A program made the position numbers and the translations under genes. This document shows positions 56,601 to 64,000 of a DNA stretch of 64,000 bases, one piece after another. The stretch lies in assembly GCA_907165135.1 (NCBI GenBank), contig OU015569.1, positions 3,534,001-3,598,000 of the forward strand. The letters run 5' to 3'. The DNA is from Oikopleura dioica (Eukaryota; Animalia; Chordata). Each line of letters starts with the position of its first letter. Position 1 is the stretch's first letter. The notes under the pieces are model-generated. The model had not been told where the DNA came from and did not search any database. It worked only from the letters and a program-made list of their open reading frames with translations.

Positions 56601-59051
56601 CTCACCAGTGTGCTGGATATAGTTCTCCGGTGGTCGACGATCCGACTGAATGAAAAGAACTCGACTATCACCATGCGGGTGCTCAACTATCTCCACTCAG
56701 TCGTTGAACAGTTGCGCAAGGAGGAATACTTCATGTCTCCCTTTGAAGCCATCCCTCTGTTGCCGCACTTGATTTTAAAGCTCGGAGAAGCTCGTGTTGA
56801 AGTTCGAACTCTTGTCGAACAGATTCTCAATGAAATCCGTCTTCTTTTTCCGGAGAAACAAATTTTCGAAGAGTTACTTCAGGGTGCAAAGTCGAAAAAC
56901 TCTCGTCAACGAGCGGCTTGTTTAACCATCTGCGCTGGAATGATCCAGAATTCGGGCATTGAAATCATTGGTGATCCAACGAAAGGAAATTACAAAGAGA
57001 TTGGTGCTCATATTTCTGATAAGGATCAAAACGTACGATCAAGTGCGATGAATTGCCTTGTCGAAGCCTATAAAACAGTTGGTGAGGAGCTTTTCAAATC
57101 AAGAATGGTCGGCAAGCTTGGAGACAAGGAAGAGTCTTACTTGAGAGAGCGGATTAAACGAACACTCGGAACGTCAGATACGTCAGCCAACGAAGCTCCA
57201 GTTCTTGCTCCGAAAAAGGCATCTGAGACTCCACGCCGAGGAACAGTAACGCTTAAAAAGGGTGCTACACAACCTGTTAAACGAGATCTGCCTGAGGTGT
57301 CTAAGAGCGTGGACAGCAAGCTTATGGAACGATTCGGCTTCAAAGTGCCAACATCAGCTTCTATCGATTTTAAGTCACCAGTGATGAAGTCTGTCAACAG
57401 CGAAAGCATCAGTAAGGTTCCCCGTCCGCCGAGTGCTAGTAGCCGTATTCCGAAACTCGAGAAAGAAAAAGAGATTGAAGAGCTAGCGAATCTTGTTGAT
57501 CACTTCTATCTTACCGAAAACAAGATAGAAGATTTGCGAAAAAAGCTAAACACGCTCAATCTTGCGACTTTCAGAGATGGTGCGAAGACCTTGAAAATTA
57601 TTCTGAATGAGACAGAAAAGCCGATTTCTCTCTCAGATCAAGAGCTTTCTGGTCTTCTCTTGCCTGTCGCGAAAAATGGTCTCCAGCTCTCAAAGCAAGC
57701 CATCGATCAAGGCGAGCTTCGTAAGTTCTTTTTCGATAAAATAATAATATAAAATACTCTTTTAAGGTGTCACGCAGCATGTGACAATCCTTTGCTGTAG
57801 CATTCTCCAGAAGTTTATCAAAGGAAAAGACTACCGCGATCGGATTAACGGAGATGACTTGGCTGCAATTGGAGCATTTCTATTCACCATGCTCAAATGC
57901 AGAGAAGCCCAGGTAGAACGGCATAAGTGCTTGAATTTTAATAATGATTGTAGGAGATCATCAAGACCATTGATCCTAAGTTTACTTCTGCGATCCTACA
58001 GGTGATCAGTGATGTCTCAAAGCAGTGCAAACATGACCGAGTATCCCTCGTAAGTATTCTTTGTTAAGAATTTTCAAATTTTATTCGTTATTAAATTCGG
58101 TTTAGATGTACTTGGATCTCATTTCAAGCGCCCTTCGTGATGAAAAACTGGAAGAAATTCAAGCGATTAGCAACAATTTCTACAAGTTTTTCACACTTCG
58201 CAATACGACGGAGAAGCTGAATGAGAACGACGTCTCGAAAGTCTACTATCCAGCAGAAAGTTTCTTCGCGGAGTTTCCTAAAAGTCACCAGGTGTTCAAA
58301 AAGAACCCTGAGTATTTCAACGCGCTGAGGTTTTATTTCAATAAGTAAGATATGAACTAACTATCTCTCGTAGAACGGTTGTCACATTTACAACTAACCT
58401 GACTCGCCACAACGGCGACGCTGTCGAAAGATTCATCAGGAAGTTCCAGCCAAAGAAATCAAGTCTTTTGAGCCTCATCGAAAAGGAACTTCTCAAGAAA
58501 AAAGCGAAGGATTCTCAGGATGAAAATGCTCGGCAAGCTTTGTAAGTAGCCCTCATAAATGCTCTTTTTTAAAACAATTGCTTCAGCACAAATGCTCTCG
58601 CTCAAATCAAGAAAGTAGAGAGCCATGACGCCGGATTAGAAGCTTTGCATCAGTTTGTCTCGGCGAACCCAGAATTCGATCTTGATGCGGGACTTTCTAA
58701 AGAGGACGAAAAGTTCAAGGCTTACGTCAATAAGAAGCTCGGCGATAAAAAAGCTGGTAAGTTTTTAGTCAACATTTATTATTCTCAATTAATAAATCAT
58801 GATTAGGTCACGAAGTTACGATGATCAGCAGCGCTCCACCAACTGCAAGCGCTATCGAACAACGGGCAAAAGTAATGAGCGAGAAATACTCTCTCATTTC
58901 CCAGCCCAGTAAACTGAAGAAGCCGACTGCAAAGGACGAAAAAGAAAACGTCTCGACAGCGGCGCCAGTCGAAGCTCGGAAAGTGCCCTCGAAGAGCACC
59001 CTGGACGAGTATCGAAGACGACTGGAGCAGCTGCGCAACGCTAGAAAGTAG
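47667..59051 (+). CDS. CKAP5: Microtubule polymerase CKAP5/XMAP215/ch-TOG, interrupted by a transposon at 51302-56429
   Basis: Tandem TOG domains (HSNWKGRKMGYE, SKKWKDRGAAL, DKIWKVRLEGL, DKNWKLRKEAL); the sequence resumes after the insert as LTWYFDPG..KELIEQL; C-terminus LDEYRRRLEQLRNARK*. Confidence 0.95.
51465..51537 (-). other. tRNA-like / Pol III promoter relic inside the transposon's left end
   Basis: 73 nt with A-box TGGCTTGGTGG, D-stem GCTT/GAGC, B-box GGTTCGATTCC, ending CCA followed by T6; the acceptor stem does not pair. Confidence 0.6.
53107..55778 (+). CDS. hAT-like DDE transposase, 6 exons; apparent 1-nt frameshift at A-run 54086-54090
   Basis: FVLGTDGS (D1), CIALSSDSAP (D2), LKCSMH (CxxH), HVRF (RW-equivalent), TNQDCERSFS (E); five GT-AG introns. 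Confidence 0.8.
55828..55890 (-). other. Second, more degenerate tRNA-like relic near the transposon's right end
   Basis: B-box GAGTTCGAATCCC (55838-55850) followed by ...CCA and an oligo-T run on the minus strand. Confidence 0.35.
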
Positions 59052-59057
59052 CGATAC

Positions 59058-59141
59058 CCCTCCCATTTTCACTAACCCAGTTTCTCCCGTTTCACTGATC
59101 CCTCCCCCTTTCACTAACCCAATTTCTACCGTTTCACTGAC
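59058..59141 (+). repeat. Two 42-bp tandem copies in the CKAP5 3' UTR
   Basis: ccctcccattttcactaacccagtttctcccgtttcactgat / ccctccccctttcactaacccaatttctaccgtttcactgac. Confidence 0.8.
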
Positions 59142-59474
59142 CACCCCCAAATTCCAAAACTAATATCTCGCGCTTATCACATTCCCCTAACTGTTCACAT
59201 TCCTAGGTTCAAACACTCATTTAACTGCCACTACAATACAATAAAACCCACAGTTTTACTCCGCATTTGTTAACTTGGTTATAAGCAAGTTATGGCTTTG
59301 TAGTTTATTGAATCATTTCATTTCAGGGCAGTTTTTTGACGCATTTTTTTATAATCGTTTTGCAGGTGTCGAAGCAATCTTAGTTCTGCGACAATTTTTT
59401 CAGTTGGCTAAAAACATGTTTTCAAATCCTCGGAAAACCATCGTTCTGGTGGCCAAAAGCTAGTTTTTCATACA

Positions 59475-60086
59475 ATGAAGATTTTCACCAAAGAGTCACT
59501 GCAGGAGAGCAAAGGGTTCACACCAGAGCAAGAAACTTTTGCGAGGAACAGACTAGAAATATCTCTTGGTGACATTTCCGACCTGTCGAAGGAGACTGGG
59601 CGTCTATTCATTTGCGGATTTTGCAAGTAAGCAGCTTTTATGAAAAATTATAAAGTAACATTATCAAAAGCTTACTCGCGGAAGGACCCCTAACTCACTT
59701 GCCGTGTGGGCATATTTGTTGCAAGATTGAGTACCAAGCGGATGAATTTGGCCTCTGTCCGACTTGCTATGAAGAGACAGGTAATTTTGAGCTGCAGAAT
59801 TCTCCAAGAGTACATTTCAGAATCCAAAGGAAATAATAAAAAAGCGCCTCGCTCTCTTTCCATTCTGGAGATGTCGATTTATAACTCCCTTTTCATCAAA
59901 TGCCCGTCCGGCTGTGGAAAAGATCAGAAGCTCAACAATGTAAAGATTCACCAAAGCTGTTGCTCTGCGATCGTTGCCTGTCCTTACTGCTCGAAAAAGA
60001 TCCGACAAGTGGCGTTTTTCGTTCACAAAGAATCATGCCAAGCTTATAGACATTGGCTAAAATACTTCATAAATATAAAAACATAA
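59475..60086 (+). CDS. Small RING-like + TRAF/SIAH-type zinc-finger protein
   Basis: Three exons joined by GT-AG introns: ...FICGFC | NLLAEGPLTHLPCGHICCKIE...CPTC | ...IKCPSGC...KIHQSCC..VACPYC...VHKESC. Confidence 0.75.
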
Positions 60087-60488
60087 CTGGTGTATTAGCT
60101 CGTATAAGAAACTTAAAATTGGAATACGGATTGAAAACCCAACAAAAGGACGAGCAAAATGAAGACCACTTCTCTACCCATTTGGCAGCTGACAGAGCTT
60201 TGGGATAGACCACAAACTGGACTCAATAAGATATCTTTCCTGATTCACCATATCACTGTTACTTGATAAAAACGAAACTCAAGAACACAAAATTTGTCAA
60301 AGAAGAACTTTCAATTCAAAGCGCTTCTTTTGAGTGTTTTTAGTACATGATGAGTCCAGGTAGCTTGGAATACTTTTATCTTTTATTAAAATTGAACGTA
60401 AAATTGTAAATATGCAGGCGCCCATTCGCTGGTACATGTATCTGTGCGTATGTCTAGAAAGATGAATGTGTCTAAATCGAGTGAAAAG

Positions 60489-61388
60489 TTATCCAGAGTA
60501 GAATTTTGGCAGCTCATTTCCCAGGACAACGTCGCGTTCGACGCCGTCTTTGGTGATCGTGGCTAGTCGAATGACGCCACCGGAAGACGCATCGCGGTCC
60601 ATAGCGTGTGCGACGCACATTTTCACGAATCTGAACGTAATTTGATTTCTCCTGCGGGGAGAAAGTGGCGTTACTCTTTTGTCTCTTCTTTTGACATGCC
60701 TTCCTTGAATTGATTATCCACGAGACCGTAGATCCAGGTCGAGCCGGAGCCGCCGATTGCCACTTTCTGGCGGATCTTCATGCCTCCAAGAGGTATGCTA
60801 AATACCTAGACGACATTGAAGATCATTGCTGATGAATACGTTTTATTCACCTGTCCGCCCTTGATTGGGTCCCAGCCAGCGACGAGAATACCAGCGGAGA
60901 AGTGATCTCTGTACTCGTAACAATATTCCTTGAAAGACTTCTTTTAAACGCGCATATGTGACCGTGTTACCTTGAAAAGAGTAGCAGCAGTTTCGACAGA
61001 AGGGTTTTCTTCGTCGATCATGATCGCGTGACCTTCGAGTCTGGTTTTGACGGCGGTGGCGATGAACTGAGATATTTACAATGGAATGTTGCCGATTGAA
61101 ACGGAGCATTACCTGTGTATCGGCGGCGGATCCAGATCGGCAGCAGTAGATTCGCTCGTGCACCTTTGTAAGCTTGTCAGTGACTCGGTTGACGATGTAG
61201 GCGCCGGCCGAGGTACGAGAATCGGCACCGATGACAACTCCGCCGTCGAATTCGACCGCCATGATCGTGGTTCCGAGATCGGCGGGGATCTTCTGGATGG
61301 AGCTGGGGGTAGGAGTGCCCTGATGCAGCGGAGTGGGATAGGGAGAGAGAAAGGTCCTCGAGGGATCTTCAACGAACACACCCGACAT
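60489..61388 (-). CDS. PSMB6: Proteasome subunit beta type-6 (beta1)
   Basis: Propeptide, then [36 protein letters not shown]...[10 protein letters not shown]; C-terminal [17 protein letters not shown]...LPKFYSG*. Confidence 0.95.
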
Positions 61389-62929
61389 GTTTCTGAAGTG
61401 GAAGTTTTTCGATTTTGTGTTTTTGATTTAAATTTGAAAATTAGCAAGTTCAATAAAAGCAAAATTAGACAAACATCTAGAAAATCGTATAGTTGACTTA
61501 ATCACAGTAACATCGATCATCTGTCTGAAGTTGAGCTCCTGAGGGTGCATTTCTCGTCCTGTGACTCTTTTTTTGGCGATTTTAGCTGAATGTAGCTGTC
61601 CAGCGTGGGCGAGAAGGCAAAAACGCGCTCACTCCGCCGCGCTCCGAATTTAATCACTCGCGCCCGCGTTTCGCGGAAAATCGAAAAAAAGAAATTCCAA
61701 GAGAACTTTCTTGGAATTAATAAAAGCCACATATTATTCTCACGATGTCCGAGATCTTGATCTGAGAAGCCTACCGCAGAAAAAAATATTAAAAGTAAGT
61801 AAAGATATCAGATGAATAAGACTTTAATTATTATTGATAGATTATTTATTAGATTAATTAAAAAATGGTGCCTATTAATTAAATTGCTTTATCGTTCTGC
61901 GCATAGAATCTTTGGCACAAGAAATTCATACATTGATTTATGCCCGAAGTGGCAGAAAAACAAGAAAAAAGTCATGTGATTTCTGAAACCTAATGGCAGA
62001 AATAAAAATGTCAACTAGATCAAACCAAGTTTCACTTTCTTCTTGCTAGGTATCTTGAAGTATGATAAGCTATCACATTATTGTCATTTTTTTCCTAAAA
62101 AAATATATCGGATTTATATTTTTCAAGTGTAAAAACCAGTTGGTTTCTGACAAAGCTGTACTCGGCAACCTGTGTAAAAGGCCTGTGTCAGGGCCTGAAC
62201 TGACTTTTTTAAAATGTGAGCCGCAAAGCCTGTTTAAAAAAGCCGCAGCGCGGCTTTTAATGTAAGATCTAAGGACCCTGACTCAGGTTCGGAGCCCAGT
62301 GACATGACGATCTTCTTATTCTATTTATAAATTATAATGTTAATTATTCTCAATTCTTTATCTTGGTCCAGATCTAAAAATATGTTTTTGGTGGAATTCC
62401 AGCGCTCGGCTTGATTGGCATTTTTTTTCGCGTGATGTGATGAGCCCTCTGGAAAGTTATCCCCTCTCGTCAATAATAAGTTAGAAAGGTCGAAATTGGA
62501 AAAGTAAAAATTTACTCTCTTTTTTGGAAAATCGATGCTCGGAAGTAGCGCGACGCAGACTCTTATTTGGAGCGCGAGTTTTGTCTAGCTTTTTCTTTTG
62601 GCGAGTTTGGCCGCCAAAATATGTTTTCGATTTTTGGCGAGTAAAGCCGTTTTTCCCGAAAATAGGATTGAAATTCCGATAAACCGAGTGTAGAGAAAAC
62701 GAATCTTGGAGTCTTCATCTTGGTGCAATTTAATGCACGTCTCTTATGTCCGCGAGACAGATGGGTAAATTCAAACTTGCGTCAAATCTCCATTTGATTG
62801 TCTCACTAGTTTCGATTCAAGGCTTTCTCTGTTTTCATAGTACACTGTGTTAGTGTAAATGTAAACAATTAGAAAAAGAAAAATGGGTTGAAAAATAAGT
62901 TAAATTTCAGCGGTCCGCGGTGCTCGGTG

Positions 62930-64000
62930 ATGTTCAACGCAGAACCGCCAGGATTCGAAGAAGGCCGTCGCTTTGTATCCGACTCGGAAGACTCCGATGG
63001 TGAGAACGCACCTATCCACAACGTTACCCAGTCTCACCAGAGGAAGAATCGTTGGCACCATGTTCAAGGTTCGAATCATTTTTTAATGATAAAAAGACAT
63101 CCCGTCTCAACCCAGTTTTGACCTTTTTTCTTCAGATTTGGACAGTTTTTTCACGCGCGTTTACCAGTACCACCAGCAGCACGGGCTCACGTGCATGGTC
63201 CTATCAAGCTCGTTCGAGCTGTTCCGCTTTTTCTTCATTGTTTGGTTCTCGACGGAGTTGCGCCATTGCGTGGACTACTCGATCCTCTTCCGCGATCACG
63301 ACAACGAGCACGTGACGCTTTTTGACGGACTCAAGAATCGCACCGAGTGCCACAAAAGCATCCGCGAAGATGCTACTTGGGTCTTTTTCCTGCTTTTTGC
63401 CTTTTTCTATGGTGCTACGCAGTCAATCAAGCTGGCCTTGCGACTATTCAACTTCCTCGATATCAAAAACTTTTATCAAGAGGCGCTTGGAATTTCCGCC
63501 GAGAAGCTTGAGCATCTCTCTTGGTTACAGATCCAGGAGAAACTTCTCGATGCCCAGAAGCTCAATCAAATGTGCATTCACAAAGAGGAGCTCACTGAAC
63601 TTGACGTTCACAATCGAATTCTTCGCTACAAAAACTATATGATTGCCATGGTAAGACCCTCTCTTCTCCCGCCGAAACCTCACCACTTCTAGATCGATCG
63701 TCATATTCTTCCGTTGCAAAGCCGTGTCCCTTTTCTTGGCGAGATAACTTTCCTTACTGAAGGGCTGAGGATAAATTTGGAGTGGCTCCTTTTCGGAAAA
63801 CATCTCAACAATCCATGGGCGCCATTTTCCTCCTTTCAACTCAAACGTAAACAGCTTCCTCAAAACCAATAAATAAAATGCAAAATTTAGCTCAATACAA
63901 AAGAAGGGCTTGTAGAGATGAGCGCGCGCAGGATCTGTCCAAGCGCATTCTTATTCTGGGAATCATCAACTTGCTTGCTATGCCCGTCGTTTTCATCTTT
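62930..64000 (+). CDS. ATG9A: Autophagy-related protein 9, 5' part (continues beyond the window)
   Basis: RWHHVQ | DLDSFFTRVYQYHQQHGLTCM, CVDYSILF, LTELDVHNRILRYKNYMIAM, FLTEGLRINLEWLLF. Confidence 0.93.

Noticed and set aside
59058-59141. 42-bp tandem repeat as a regulatory RNA or array
   Set aside because: Only two imperfect copies in a 3' UTR, with no structure or family evidence.
62238-62258. Perfect 9-bp hairpin AAAAGCCGC-AGC-GCGGCTTTT as a Helitron 3' end or terminator
   Set aside because: No matching 5' TC end, A/T insertion site or second copy in the window; a single short palindrome can arise by chance.
1-64000. Prokaryotic systems (CRISPR, defence islands), rRNA or canonical tRNA genes
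   Set aside because: The window is intron-rich eukaryotic DNA; no repeat-spacer arrays, rRNA motifs or complete cloverleaves were found.

Overview
Eukaryotic, gene-dense 64-kb window. Introns of about 40-80 nt, several GA-AG/GC-AG splice sites, head-to-tail gene runs and AG acceptors just upstream of start codons point to a larvacean tunicate, most likely Oikopleura (an inference; no database search was possible). Recognisable genes: COG5, a DnaJ protein, BUD13, BOLA3-like, PRODH (with a nested antisense RING/Zn-finger gene), a Ly6-like secreted protein, a secreted heme peroxidase with a ~285-residue poly-Thr stalk and four 6-Cys modules, ALDH5A1, MGRN1/RNF157, chitin synthase (3' 3.95 kb tandemly duplicated), a HORMA-domain gene, NSMCE2, CKAP5/XMAP215, a second RING/Zn-finger gene, PSMB6 and ATG9. 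The most striking feature is a 5,128-bp hAT-type DNA transposon (8-bp TSD CTGACTTG, TAGGG termini, 6-exon transposase, two tRNA-like relics, a GC-rich island) inserted inside a CKAP5 coding exon. Its ends offer a GT donor and an AG acceptor that would splice it out in frame, leaving 13 extra codons. Three genes carry 1-nt deletions in homopolymer runs, so the consensus probably contains long-read indel errors, and frame-dependent conclusions need read-level confirmation. Gene boundaries were assembled by hand and are approximate where stated.
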